DNA of 64,000 nt from Catajapyx aquilonaris (Eukaryota), in NCBI GenBank assembly GCA_000934665.2, contig KZ538299.1, positions 1-64,000 of the forward strand, in the 5' to 3' direction. The position numbers and the translations under genes are program-made. Positions 1 to 14,536 of this stretch are shown piece after piece (position 1 is the first letter of the stretch; each line of letters opens with the position of its first letter). Under the pieces are notes generated by a model that searched no databases, had not been told where the DNA came from, and worked only from the letters and a program-made list of their open reading frames with translations.

Positions 1-700
1 ACACTAGATTAAGAAAATACTGGATTAATTATTAAGAAAATACTGGATTAATTATTAAGAAATTAACACTGTAGATTAATTAAGAAAATAATACTGTAGA
101 TTAATTAAGAAAATAGTACTGTAGATTTATTAAGAAAATAGTACTGTAGATTTATTAAGAAAATAATACTATAGATTAATTAAGAAAATAATACTGTGGA
201 TTAATTAAGAAAATAATACTGTGCATTAATTAAGAAAATAATACTGTAGATTAAGAAAATAATACTGTAGATCAATTAAGAAAATAATACTGTGGATTAA
301 TTAAGAAAATAATACTGTGGATTAATTAAGAAAATAATACAGTAGATTAATTAAGAAAATAATACTGTAGATTAATTAAGAAAATAATACTGTAGATTAA
401 TTAAGAAAATAATACTGTAGATTAATTAAGAAAATAATACTGTAGATTAATTAAGAAAATAATACTGTAGATTAATTAAGAAAATAATACGGTAGATTAA
501 TTAAGAAAATAATACTGTAGATTAATTAAGAAAATAATACTGTAGATCAATTAAGAAAATAATACGGTAGATTAAGAAAATAATAGCCTACTGTAGATGA
601 ATTAAGAAAATAATACTGTAGATGAAATAAGAAAATACTGTGGATTAATAAATAAAATATTGTAGATTAATTAATAAATTAATTAGAATAATGTATTAAT
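1..700. repeat. AT-rich tandem satellite, ~25-bp unit ATTAATTAAGAAAATAATACTGTAG, probably within a GM130 intron
   Basis: More than 20 near-identical copies are visible, degenerating toward 600-700. The array ends just before the splice acceptor at 750-751. Confidence 0.95.
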
Positions 701-751
701 TATTAAATATGACGACTGTTGCAATCACATTTAATATTAAAATAATTTCAG

Positions 752-3700
752 GATCAGCGTGTTCAAGAGGAGCCTCCGAGTGTGCCACAGCCTGTTGTAA
801 AAGTTAAAGAATCGGTTGAGCAAAGGACAGTTGAACAGTCGAGTCGTTCTCCTCCGAGTGTGAGTCCCCCACTGAATCCTCCAGTTGTTGAGTTGCCTCA
901 AAGTGCCAAGGAAGAGAAGCTTCCCCGCTCCAGCAGCGAGAGCCTGCGTCAGTTGGCCCTGCAGGTCAACGGTCTCATTCAGGATTCGCCGGAGCTAGTC
1001 AACGGGGAGTCCGGACGGAGGGAAGGAGAATTGGAGAGGAGGAACCAGGAGCTGGTGGCCCTGCTGGAACAGGAGAGACTCGTTTGCAGGCAGACCAAGG
1101 CGCAGAGTCAGGATTACGTAAGAGAGACACTCTGTCGCAATTCGTTTAAAGGAAGATATAACAATTTGTTTCCATCGCGTAGAAATCGCAGGTGACTCAG
1201 CTTCAGTTGGAACTGAAACGACAGCAAGAAGGGTTTGAAGGGAAGCTGATCAAGGACGTCGGGACACTTCAGGAGCAGCTTCAGGTACACGTTCAGACCA
1301 TTGGGATTCTGGTGGCGGAGAAGACGGAGCTTCAATCCTCGCTTTCAAAGAGCCAGCACGTCGCTAAGCAAAAAGCCGGTTCGTGCAAAGTTGGTTCAAT
1401 TAATGAGCCATGATTTAATTTTTTGTATTAATTAGGTGAAGTGGAAGAACTCCAGGGTCGTCTGAAGGCTTCCAGGCAGCGGATTCAGGAGCTGGAGAAA
1501 GAACTCTCCTCGGCCACATCGTCCGGCCAGCAGTTTGAAAAGTCGTCAAAGGAGTTCAGCAAAGAAGTGGACAGGGTCAAGCTTGACCAGTACAAGACCA
1601 GGTATTGCTCCGAATTTGAAGCGTGTTTAGTCCACTGAAAAAAATAATTATGCTGATGTAAACTGACGGTTTCACCGGATTGGCACTGATTTGATTTCTT
1701 GACGTTCGGTTGCAGGAAAGAAGTTGAGGAGGTGCGACTGGAAGCGTCCGAATTGCAGAAGAAGCTGAGCTCAAAGGCACAGGAGCTTCAGGGAGTTCAG
1801 AAGGAGCTTCAGGAAGTCAGGTCACAGCTGTCCTTGTCTGAACTACGAGCCCAACAGGTATGCCCAATAATTAAATCTGTGCAACGTATCTTTACATTGC
1901 CCATTGCCCATTGTTTTAGCTGAGCAACAGCGATAGTTCCGAGGCATTCAGCCAAGTCGAGCAGCTTCATCGTGAGAAGGTCTCGCTTGAACAGCAAGTG
2001 GCCGACTACAGACAGACGCTGAATCGACAGAACATGGACAGAGAGCAAGTTAACCAGCAGTACCAACAGTACGTGCAGCAATTGAACGCTCAGGTTGAGC
2101 ATGCAGCCCAGGAGGTAATTCCTGTGACTGTTGTAACTGTTGAGACGTACTGATCCTTTCATTGTCTTCGACAGAATCAAAATCTGAGTTCGGAGAGAGA
2201 CCAGCTGTTGGGACGGAACCAGACGTTGGTTCAGCACGTGCAGGACCTGGAAAAGCAGCTTCAGAAGGCAGGGAAAGTCGGTCCGAGTGCGGCGGACATC
2301 TCCCAGCTGAAGCAACGGCTGGCTCAGGTCGAGGAGGAAAAGGAGGAGCTCATCTTGCAGTTGCAAGGACAAGTACGTTACTCGTCTTTCGCACTAGTTT
2401 TTGTGTTTTAACTCGTAATGTCAGATTGCAGAGAAGACGAACGCCACGAATTTGCTGGAGGAGAGTGATCGGAGGGTTCAGGATCTTGAGTCTCGCTTGG
2501 AGCATCTGGAGGATAGTGCGATCGACAGCGGCCGGCTCATGGAAGACATGCAGAGCGACAAGGTGGCTGCCAGCCGCGCCGTTTCGCAGAACCAGGAGCT
2601 GAAGGAGCAGCTGCGGGAACTGCAGGAAGGGTTCGTCACTTTGAGCAACGCTAAGCTGACTCTGGCTGAGCGGCTGGATCATGAGCAGTACGTTTGTCGC
2701 GAGTTGGGCGAACGGTTGTCGCAACAGGAGGAGGAGCTGGAAGAACTGCGGCAACAGCTGTCGGCTCGGGAACAGGATATTTCGAAGCTTCAACGAGACA
2801 AAGGGCAGGAGGCGAAAGAGGCGTTTCAGCGAGATCAGATCACGGACAGGATGCGGCACTACGAGGCGCAGGGGCATCTGACTGAGATGCTGCAGAAGGA
2901 GTTGGAGCAAGCGCAGGAGCGGATTAAGGCGCTCTCCAGTCAGAACTCGGAGCTGCGAGGACTAGTCGCACAGCAGGCGCAAAGAGTCGTGCAGAACGGG
3001 GACGGAACGAAGCCGGAAGAGGAAGGCGAAGGGAAGAAAGACGCGCTTCTGGCCAGTCTGTCCGCAAGTGTACGGCAGTTGGAGCTGGAACGGAATCAGC
3101 TGCTGACACAGATGGAAGAGCAGAGACGGCAATTGGACCAATACAACCAGCAAATGGAGGAGGCGCATCACCGTAATTATTGTTACGCTCGTTATTAGCT
3201 AATTACGAGGTGCTAATATATTTTTACACACAGATCCGTCGAATGCCGGAACCGTCCCGTGCGAAGAGTACCACAACCTGAAGGGAGCGATGGAGCAGCT
3301 GGAGTCTCGCTTCACACGGACTATGAACGAGATCGCTGACTTGTCCGAGGAAAAGCAACGGTTGGAGCATCTGGTTATGCAGCTTCAAGGCGAAACCGAT
3401 ACGATCGGTAGGTAACGTACATTTAAACTTGCGGTATGATCTAACATAGCGGTATTGCAGGCGAGTACATCGCGCTGTACCAGATGCAACGAGGCATACT
3501 GCATCAGAGGGCGAAGGAGAAGGATCAGCAACTGGCGACGTTGGCTCGGGATCGGGAGGAACTCAAGTGTAAGCTGGAGGAGCTGAACAAACTGGTGCTG
3601 GAGCTCATGAAGGAACGAGACGCGAGGGAAGAGCACGGCAATTCAATTACGACAGGTACATTCGCCTGAAAGGTTGGAATTCGGATGAGTTCACATGTGC

Positions 3701-3905
3701 CGTTTCAGATGTTCCAGATGGATTAGTCGACAGGGAAGGAGCTGATTCTCAACAAGCGGACAGATCGAGCGAGAGTGAATCCGCAGCCGCAACCAAAATC
3801 ATGGCGCTTCTCTCGGAAATCAGCAGCACCAACCTGATCGATCAGCCGGTCGGAGACAACTTCCATCCATGTCTCTATTGCTCCGGAAAGCTGCTGAACG
3901 TCTGA
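752..3905 (+). CDS. GOLGA2: Golgin subfamily A member 2 (GM130) homolog, multi-exon, 5' end outside the window
   Basis: Long coiled coil with golgin-A2 motifs [41 protein letters not shown] and [20 protein letters not shown]-terminus [15 protein letters not shown] (TGA 3903-3905). GT-AG introns join ORFs 782, 1192, 1441, 1699, 2208, 2452 and 3484. Confidence 0.9.
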
Positions 3906-4392
3906 GGAACTTTTGCGGACGTTAATTGTGATTGTTATCGTGTGCGGTCACATGTGTAAATATGTGCGGATTTATTGCATATAGAGTGTAATTTAACGGT
4001 TTTGTATTATTGCAGGTGGAAAAAATATATGCCCGGTTTATATAGCACGGATTCATGACATATTGAGCAGTATTTCTAGTCTTGAAGCAATTATTATGTA
4101 AAGGTGCAAAGAATTGAGTCTAGTTTTTAGTTAACATATTCCAATTGCATGAACATACGATTCCGAGTCGTCGGATGCAAAATAGTTCCCTCCACGACTT
4201 TTTAACATCTCTCGTGTTTGCATGACACGTGACTAATGTGCCTCAGAAGTTTTCGTCTCAGTTTGAAGGTGGCGGGCGTAGTTTTTAAGTTTCCACATGT
4301 ACATTCCAATGTAATTATTATTTGTCGGGAGCATTACATAAACAGAGCCAGTTGGAAACAGTTGTTTTGTTGGCGAATCTTCAGTTTCCAGA

Positions 4393-4406
4393 GTAACCAT
4401 GTAAAC
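4393..4406 (+). promoter_or_regulatory. RFX X-box-like motif GTAACC-AT-GTAAAC
   Basis: One mismatch to RTHNYY-WT-RRNRAC, 20 nt upstream of the CFAP47 ATG. Confidence 0.45.
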
Positions 4407-4426
4407 GATCCGTACTTGAGTCAAAC

Positions 4427-7400
4427 ATGGACGAACTGGACCCCAGTAAACTTACGTCCAAAGGCGCTATGGAGGTTAACGGGATCCGGATAAGTCCGGC
4501 CGTCATCTGCTTTCTGGACGTGAAAGAAGGAGGGTTATACACCTGCAAGATACGAGTGCAGAACATCGGAGTCACTCGGAAGCATGTAGCCGTCGATCTT
4601 CCCAGACAGACGGTATGTAGCATTCTCCGTTGATTCCTTCGCTGTGTTCAGAGTCGGACGTACCGGCTTCGGTACAGCAAATGTTGTTACTAATTGTTAT
4701 GATTTTATCGGCAGCAATTTCTTCTGAAGAAGGTAGTTCCTCCTCGGCAACTTCCGTCCGGATTGGATTTGTATGCTGTGCTTCAGTACTCGTGCAAGAA
4801 GGAGATACACGAAGAAGGAGCCCTGCCGATCTCCATCAATTGGGCGTCGCACAACATACCGATTAAAGTGTGAGTACGCATGTTTGTACCTGGAAAGTTT
4901 GCCTGATTGTTGATTTTATGCGCAGAATCCCGGCACGTGTGTTCATCACGGTTGAGCCGAAAGAAATACCGTTTGGTACGAACTTGTGCGACAGCCGAGT
5001 CATAACCAAGAGCTTCAAGATTAAGAACCACGGACATCGAGACGTCAGCTACAAAACAAGCTTGGACCAACCCAGCATGTTCCTCTCCATCGAGCCACCC
5101 AGCAACACCCTTCCGCCTTACTCCGAGAAAGAAATATTCGTCCGACTTGTGGCCAAAGAAGGCGGACCGCTCAAGACGAACGTTGTGTACGTACTTGTAC
5201 TTAGCCAGAGCTGCCTTTAATGTGTGCATGTTTTTGTAGTGTGGAATCGAGCTGCCAGGCGCCTGAGATGGTGGAGCTGTCTGGGTTGCTGGTCGTCCCT
5301 GCTCTGGTTCTAATGGATCATCGTTCAGGCGGAAATGTGACGATGGTGGACTTTGGTCCGGCTTTAATCGAGACGGAGCGTTACCAGAATATAATACTGT
5401 TCAATGACAGTCCGGAGCCGACAGCATTTCTGGCCGTTTGGGAAAGCAGCGAGTCCGCAGAGGTTTGTTTTGTAGCGTTCAAGCCGTTCATGATAAAAAA
5501 GCGAGATATTTTGCAGAGAGTGATCTTGAAGAAGGTGGTTAGTACGAAGCGGAAGGAAATCACCGAGGGCAACTCCTTCTCGATCAGTCCGAGCCAAGGT
5601 CGGCTGAAGCCCTACGAGGTTCTGATGATGAACGTGAGCTTCCATCCGCAGAAGGCGTACCCGGCTCAAGGTTGGCAGCACCAAGAGCAGGCCCATCCGC
5701 ATCCGAAGTCGCTCCTGGCCTACCTGTCCATCCAGCGTGTACACAGCGGCGCTCGCGACACCGAAGCCCAACCGCCACGAGTGACATTGCACGGAGTCGT
5801 TCACTACGTCGACATTGATGTGTCTCCGGACTTCCTGGATTTCGGATCGTGCGCGAACGGAAAGTGGGTTGAAATGGCCTGCAATCTTACGAACAACACG
5901 TACCTCCAGATGTTCTTCAGGGCTAACAGGGAGGCCCATTTCGCGATGAACCCATGCTGTACCGCCATACCTTCGAGGACCACGGTCTCCGTTAAGGTGT
6001 ACTTTAGGCCGAGGCAGTACGGAGCTTTCAAGCGTCAGCTGCTCCTGACGTTCATGGGACGTTCGCAGAAGTCCAGCATCACATCGACGCTGAAGGTTCT
6101 TCGCCGGACGTGGCTTACGGTAAATGATATCTTCGTACTTGAACCATAGACGCTTTGCGCTTTGTACTTCAACCGAGATCCGGTTTCAGGTGCAGGGTGT
6201 GTGCGTGTCCACCTCCATGGTTCCGCAGCCTCGGTTCAGCATGGGCCTGAAGCCGATTATCACTAACGAGACTGGCTTCCTGACAGGTACAGTCCGCTTC
6301 TGCGATAGGATTGAGAAGCCGTGGGCCGCTGTCGTTCTGTCGCAGCAGAAGCAGGCTGTCCTCATGAAGAAGATGATATCCATGGGGGAAGGAGACGCAT
6401 ACGCAAAAGACGAGAAGGCTCTCGTGGCGTTCCCGAACGACAGGGCGCGCAGCATCCGGCCGTGGACCAACGGAAAGTGCCAGTCCATCTTCAAGCGGAC
6501 GGAACGCTACACTTACGATGACTTTGACTACAGCTTGGGCGCGGAGGGAGATCTGCAGAGGGCGGACCACCACAAGTACTGGCTGAATTTCATGCGGAAC
6601 CTGTTTCCGCCCAAGCCCAGGTGTGACATGGACAGCATGGACCTGTACGGGCCGGGATGCCGGCATGACATGATGCGGCTCAACTACAAGGGGTACAGAG
6701 ACCAGGAGTTGAAGCTGAAGCAGCTGGAGGAAGGGCAAAACGTCACAGCTGGATACATCGGTAAGTCAGGTTCAATTGCGGCAGGGCCATTGCATGTCAA
6801 ATCATCACACCGATTGGCCTTGACCTGGCACTAAAAGCTCTAATGCACACGTGAAAATTCCAGAGCAGCTGCGGGCCGTTGGGAAGACTTACTTCGGCGG
6901 GATCTCATACGCCCAGATGAAGAAGCTGAACATCAACTTCATTCCCTTGGAGCCGACGCATCTCTGCAACGTGATGGTTCATCCGGACGTGCTTCTGTTC
7001 AACGAGGTCATGATCGGCACTGAGACCCGGCGGTACCTGTCCATCGCCAACATGAATCCGTTTCCCGTCCACATCAAGTTCGACCTCAAGTATAAAGAGC
7101 TGGCGTACACTCCCAAAGGATGCGTCATACTCCCGCCGACTTCCAACACTCGGTTCTGGTTCCATTTCCGGGCATATCACGTCAGGCGATTCGAGACGTG
7201 AGCATGTTGCGGTTTAACTTGATTGCACTTTAACCTGTGTGCTTTTCCGCAGTTGCATGCAGTACATCATAAACTTCAAGCACTCATCGTCCATCCCCGT
7301 ACTTGCCGATGGCGTTCCTCCTCGTGTTGAGCTGTCCCACCGTGAGCTCATCTTCACATCTGTTGTCACACACGAAGATATGACCGGCTACAAGCAGAAG

Positions 7401-10400
7401 GTGACTCTGCACAATCCGCTGAACGGAGAAGCGAACTTCACTTGGACGCAAGACAAGCCTGACCCTGAGACGAGCGGACAGGTGTTTGTCGTTGAGCCGT
7501 CATCAGGTTGTATTTTATTTACTTATGCAAGCAGAGAGCATATGCTAACACATTTCGTCTCCAGGTCATATCAAATCCCGCGAGACGATTACGGTCGAAG
7601 TCACATACATCTCGACCTACTCATCTCCCACACGTGGGACGCTCCTGCTTCACATGCCCAATGCGGTGCCGATTTCGGTTCAGTGCAGGGTTCATCTCGC
7701 CCCGCCGCATGTTTACTTCCTGCGGACCCACATCGAGTTCGGTGCGCTCTCCCTCTGCATTCCGGCCAGCAAGGTCGCCGTTCTGCGTAACGACAGCCAC
7801 TTCGACGCTCCGTTTTACGTGGCGGGAGATTTGGTGCCGCCAGGACTGTCAGTCGATCCGTTGAAAGGAGTTGTGAAGGGGCTAGGAACGCTGCAGCTCA
7901 ACCTGACCATGTGTCCGCCCGTGTCTGTCCCGTCACTGAGCCTCGACGTACGGGTGCAGTTTGTGTTCCGGGAGTCGGTCGTGCTTGTGATGCGGCTGAC
8001 CGGACAGGTGCGTATCATTGTATTTGTCAGGGGAATGGTAATGTACGTTCTAATGATAGGTGTACCTGCCTCGAGTGGTGCTGGAGCCGTCTAGCATTGA
8101 CTTTGGTGGCGTCCGCAGCGGGTCGTACCTCACCAAGTACTGCCGCTTGGCCAACTTCGGTCAGACTGAATCTGAAGTCACCATCAACCTCGACCAAAAC
8201 CACGGGTTCGCAGTCTCACACCTGGCTGATCCGGACGCACCCCCGCCCAGCCACAGCTCATTGCAACTGGACCATTCCGACCGGATGCCGCTACCGACCA
8301 GCCTAGAGACCCGCCACGTCTTCCGGATCCCGCCATCCCGAGCCGTTGAGCTGTACGTGCACTTCATGCCTGAGGAGGTCTCGCTGTATGACTTCGAGAG
8401 CTCCCTGATCGTGAACGGGATGCAGCTGGAAGGAGGGAGCAGGTGTCCGACCCTCCCTGTCGTGACGTCCAAGCACTCCAAGGTCAGAGGGGTCGAACCG
8501 CAAAGCATGCTGCCCTTCCCTGTGCTGCAGGTTAAAGCACTGAGCATGAGGCCGCCTATTGAAGTGTTCAGCCGGATGGGATGGAAGGTCTGCAGCGTCG
8601 GGGAGACATCCTCTGGTGACTTCACGGTAAGCCAGCCGAGTCATTTATCATTTTGCAAGTACTGATCGCCATTGTTTCGACAGGTGAGGAGTCTGTGTGA
8701 TGAGCCAGTGCACTTCTCTGTCGATTTGCGTAGCCTCCGAGGGACTCCATTCAAGGCGTTTGCGGCTGGAAGCGACTTTTCAATGAGCGACCACTCACTG
8801 GAATGCAGCATCCAGCCGTTGAAGGATGCAGTGGTGACAGTCTCGTTCTGTCCGGAAGTCTCCGGGAAGTTCTACGTTAACATTCCGTTCCACCTGAACC
8901 GGGAGAAGGACCCGTTCAACTTCATACTTGCCCGCGGTGAGTGCCTTCCGATCACGATGGTGCCCACCAGTCCTAGCATCAGCTTCGTGCCGGTTCCACT
9001 TGACGTGGAGGTGCGGACGAGGCTCATGCTTATTGTCCACGGCGTCAAGAAGGAACAGCTCAATCTCAATTGGGAGCTTGACTTTCGGAAGGTAACTAGC
9101 CGGTAATTAAAGTGATGGCAAGTATAATGTGCTGATAGGTTGCAGGGATTCTGGACGTCATGAGTCCCTCTGGCCGACGTGTGCAGCTGGAGCCGAAGAA
9201 GGTGGTTCGCATTCCCATCATCATCACCTTCAAGAGTCAGCGACCTGTGTCGTTAGCGACTGAGCTTCACTTTTCATTGGGGTCAGCGTCCTGCACCGTG
9301 ACGTTCGCAGGGTCTGCGGACAACTCCATCCTAACGACATACATATTCCTAGCCTTCTACGCGAAGGACTACGAGATACGCAGCTCTCCAGGGGAGTACG
9401 GCCAACAGACAATGAGCACCACACCACCACAGACTCCAACCGGCGGATTTACACCGAGGCTCGTGTGCGATTCGGTCATCTTCCTACCCAGCCCGACGGC
9501 TCAGGACTCCGACGCGTGGAGGTATGTTGCTGCACGTTTGGTGTGAAATGTATCCCTGAAACCTTTCCGCACGCAGCATGCAAGTTGGATCGGACAACCT
9601 GACTTCGAAGGACAACCTGGGGAGCCTGGACGATTCTGTCAGATGCGTCTCCAACTACCCTTGCTTCCCGGAGGACGACTCGACGCCGATCGGGCAGATC
9701 CTGAAGAAGGTCGTGTCCATCACCGAGAAGTGGATGTCCGAGGAGGCCTTTCCGGGAGGGATGTTTTCTGTTACGATACCGGACACATTGTGCGAGGGGC
9801 TGCCGTACATAATGCCGTCCCAGGCCAGCAGCAAGTGCGAGCGTGTGGCATTGCACAAGCGGTTCAAGACCATCCTGGACGCCCTCACCTTCCTCTCCGG
9901 CGAGCCAAACTTCGCGGCTCTAAACGAGCGGACCATTTCGGTTGAGCCGCGGGTACGGGCGACAGAGCTGTTCTGCCTTCTGAATGGCGTGATAGTCTTC
10001 CTGCACGCTCAGGGCGGACACATCAGCCACGTGCGGCCGGAGAATCTGATGGACTATGAGAACTACAAGAACCTGTGGGACGCTCCTGGCGACTCCGATT
10101 CCTCGCCTAGAGACGCAGCGGGGAAGCAGCTGACCCAGTCGGCTCTGGCCAACGTCCAGAAGCAGTGCTGGCTGGACGTTGTGCTCCAGATGTACAAGTG
10201 CCTGGTCGCGGCTCAGATCACGCCGAAAGCCTTCAAGCAGCACAAGTGGCCGCCCGTCCCTGGGAAGAAGCGGCAGAGGCCATCCAGCAGCTCTCTGGAG
10301 ATCGGGAACATGTTGAACCAAAGCAACGTGTACTCCTCAAGCGAGCGGTACATCTTGATATGGCTGAACCACCACTTTGCTTCGCAGCGGGACATACTGT

Positions 10401-12165
10401 GGCCTCACACGGGCTCAGCTGCTGCGCCGTATCACCGCAGCATTGTGAACTTTGATACCGACTTTAGCGACGGATTGGTTCTTGCCGCTGTGGTTGGAGC
10501 TTACTGCCCATATGCGCCTGGAATCAGGGTGCGTATCGGCTTCTTTTTCGTACGACCAATGTGTAATTCACGCTGCAATTTCAGGACGTATTCAGGGACC
10601 CCGTGACGTACGAGCAGCGGTTCCACAATGCCGCCGTTGTGATTGACGCGCTGGTTTGCATCCGGGCCATATCCAAGAACTCCATAAAGCCGCAGGACAT
10701 TGTCCACCCGCACATGATCGGGATGTTCATGCTGTGCGTGAAGCTCTTCGACGTCCTCCCTCAGTACTACCCGAAGGAGACCATATACTTCCAGGCGACA
10801 CTGGGCCGGTCGATGGAGAACTCCATCAAGCTTACGAACAATGCGAGGAGGGAAGTGCGGTACAACGCCATGTTCATAATGAAGGATGATCCGCCTGTGT
10901 TCTTGCTCAGAGGAGTGCCGGAAGTCATTCCGATCCCGCCAAAGACGGACATATACATCATGGTGCTGTGCCACCTCCGGCGGTTCAGGGAGGAGAAAGG
11001 TACTTTCGGATGCGATTCTCCGGCTCTTGTTAAACTTCCCTTTCCTTGCAGGTACGCTGGTGCTTCTCGGGGTGAATACTGCTCCCATGGAAGGCCCCAC
11101 GATGGCATTCAATCTGATCGGACAGGTGAAGGGAATCGAGCTGACCGGAATGCTTGAGATGAATGCGACCCTGTACAAGCCGGAGACTGGCTACCTCCGG
11201 ATCGCTTCACCGTTCGAGGAGGAAGCGGATTATGACGTCTTCATTACGGACAAGGATCCGGAGAAAGGAGGTTAGCACTTGCTTGATCCGGCTGCAAACA
11301 TCTCCGTTATTCATGGTGTTGATCCGCAGAATGGACTTCAACAAAGATTCTGAATCCGAGGATGTCCAGCTCCGTTTTTCCGTCCCACTTCATCCTCCAG
11401 TCGACGAAGATGCGGATTCCGCTGAAGCCCAAGAAGGGCCTGCTGAAGGTCACGATCGCTCCATTGCAGACCTTAGCCAACTCCTGCTGGTTTCTCTTCA
11501 GCAACGAGCGGCTGGGAGACTTTGTGTACCGATGCAACTCGCTGGTGGACCCTCCGAACCTGATGGACACACTGATCGCAGCTCGGATCAAGACGCAGGA
11601 GGCGGCCAAAGGCGGTCCTCTGCGGTACGTCATTTACGTGCCCAACCTGAACGAGGACCTGTGGAAGACGGTCAGGTACATCTTCCAGGAGTCGCTTGGG
11701 GAGAACGACAAGAAGGAGTGGGGGTGCCACCTCAGTAAGTGTTTGTAAGCGCCTCACGTACAGAGCGATGTACTAACTGTTGTGTTTCAGTGGCTGACGG
11801 TGGTCCGACCATAATCAGAAGCCTGTTCTACCCTCTGGCGCCCTCGGAGGAGCCGGTGGATAAGGTGAAGTTTTTGTCCAAGACGAAGATGACTTACCAC
11901 GCAAAGTTTACGGACGACAAGCTCATTGCGCCGCATCTGTTCACAATTGAGTGTACGTGATGGCTGTGATTTTCAATATGATGGCTCCGATGCCATTTAA
12001 TTGCGATTTCTTGGCTTTTCAGTGAAGGGAGGGACTGTGCCTTACACTGTGATGAAGTTCGACGTGTCCCCGGGAGTCAGGGGAACTGTAAGGAAAGAGC
12101 TGCTGCTGCTGTCGGATGACAAGTGTGAGATTCGGAGGTACACTGTGGAGGTTACTGTCCCCTGA
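4427..12165 (+). CDS. CFAP47: Cilia- and flagella-associated protein 47 (tandem ASH/Ig-like domains plus calponin-homology domain)
   Basis: Repeated ASH-type motifs (VDFGPALIE, LDFGSCANG, IDFGGVRSG, FSISPSQGRLKP). The segment NVYSSSERYILIWLNHHF...IVNFDTDFSDGLVLAAVVGAYCPY is typical of the CFAP47 CH domain. Many ~50-60 nt introns; stop TGA 12163-12165. Confidence 0.85.
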
Positions 12166-12912
12166 GGAAGATTTTTGCACGTTCGGCGTATTAACACCAA
12201 ATGAAAATTATATGAGACATTTTATACTGAAAAGATGTTTTGCGTTTTTTAAGGAAGTAAAAAATGTGATTTTTTAAAATGGATGTGTGTTCAGTTCTTG
12301 GCAAGTCGTTTCAGGATAGGGAAAATCGATGGACGAGGGGCGTGATGTCGGCAGGGTTTGTATTTGTCGAGATAATATTCCAAAATGTTTTAGACCAGGA
12401 AGTGTCGACAGGTACTGTTGATGGCATTGAGAGGAATTAAAAGCGTCCCTAAATAATCATCCGACTTGTTTCAATGAAACATGCGATGACTGGTTGATGC
12501 TTCCTTTCTTTTTGTGCTCCACAACAATGCGGGGCTTCCTGTAAATTATTTTGTCATAATTTGACTATTGTTGGATCTGCTATTTCAAGACACATAAAAA
12601 CATATATTTTTTAAAATATTTGTACAAAGTATGGAATTTTTTGAGGGGCTCATTCATGATGTGTCGGGTGATTACATGATCTGCATGTGATCTTGATGAA
12701 TTACGTAAATAGAATTGCATGCAATTTTTTTCCCCCATTGAAAAAAAATAACCGTGCGTGTGAAATAGATAATGGATTTCTCACAATTAAACTGGCTTTA
12801 CAACGCTGATTGCATAATGATCCCTTTGCATGTCTGATACAAAATTCCTGGGCTTGACCGTCATGCAGTTTCAGTCGACCAAGTCGGCCAAGTTGTTGCA
12901 AACGAAGGCAAA

Positions 12913-14499
12913 ATGAATCTGAAAATAATAATTGCGGCTGCGATATTGCTGCATAATAATAATTACTCTGTGATTGAAGCGCGTGACAGTGGCTACTTCC
13001 AGTACAATGTTAATTGCTCTGTTGTCATTGTAGGTGCTGGGATGTCCGGAATATCAGCAGCTCACAGGCTGATGCACCACCACGGAATAGACGACTTTGT
13101 CATTGTGGAGGCCTCAAACAGGTATACATTATTGATCTCATTGCGCTAATTAGTGCAGTAATGAATTATTAAAGAGTGGACATTATTTTGCAGGATTGGG
13201 GGTCGTTTGTTGACGAAACCTTTTGGCGACACGATTGTTGAGATGGGAGGGAACTGGATCCACGGAGGGAGCCACGGGAACCCACTCTTCAACCTGGCCA
13301 ACAGGTACGGCCTGTTGAATCAACAGTCCAGCAGCAGGGAAGATGAGTCGGACAGCAGCACTTATTGCTACACTTCCGAAGGAGAGACAATACCTCGGTC
13401 TGTGTCGGACAAGGTCGAAGAGGAGCTGGAAGGGATTGTCGAATCAATGAAGTACGACACCGATGAGGTTCCGACATCGTTCCAGTCGTACCTGGAGCGA
13501 CGATGGACACAGTTCGTGTCTTCTGCTCCTCAACATCTTCGTCCACACTACGACAGGGTGTACGGCCACTACGTGAACGGCCTGAGGATAGAAAACGGAG
13601 ACTGTCTCCGCGTGCTGAGTTCCACTGCGGAGACCACGTACAATTACGTCGAAGGTGGGGACCTGGTCATACCCACTGGTTACTCCAGCCTGGTCCAGAG
13701 GATGGTCAATGATCTTCCTCCCGACTGCATCCTCTTCGGCGCACCTGTCCACTCGGTCCAGTGGAACGGAGATGGGGTCGAGGTCAAGTACGGGTCAAGT
13801 GTCATCAGGGCAAAGGCAGCCATCGTCACAGTCTCGTTAGGTATAACACTGTACATTCCAATCGATCGAAGGATCAAGCAATCAATAACCCCAGTAATTA
13901 TTATAGTGATCAGTCACTGGCTTCTTGGAGTTATAATTACTGCTCGATTCATTAATTGATTCATTGATCGATCAACTAATCAATCAATTCTACCCTGCCT
14001 GCTCGATTCATTGATTAATTAATCAATAATCCCTTATTTATTTGTCAATCAACAATTGATTTATTGATTGATCAATCCTTAGTTACTGGAGTTGGTTAAT
14101 TACTGATTGATTTGTTGTTTGAGTGTCTCATTTATTCATTCATTTATCGATCGATTCAACCACTAATTCATTGACCACTAGTTGCTGCAGGTAATTAATT
14201 AATCAATCAATTAATTACAGATCGACTCGTTGTTTGATTGTTTGCTTGATCCATTTGTTTGTTTATTCATTCATTCATACACTGATTGATCGATCGATCA
14301 CCAGTTACTAGAGGTGACAACTGATTGATGGTCACTCTCATTCATTGATGGATTGATCGATTCATTCATTCATTTATTCAATCATTGGTTGATTGATCAC
14401 TATAGTTACTGGAGCTAATTAATTAATTAATTGCTGTATGATTCGCAGCTTGATTGATTTATCAATTTGTTTATACTTCCATTTTATGTATTGATCCAC

Positions 14500-14536
<37 letters not shown>

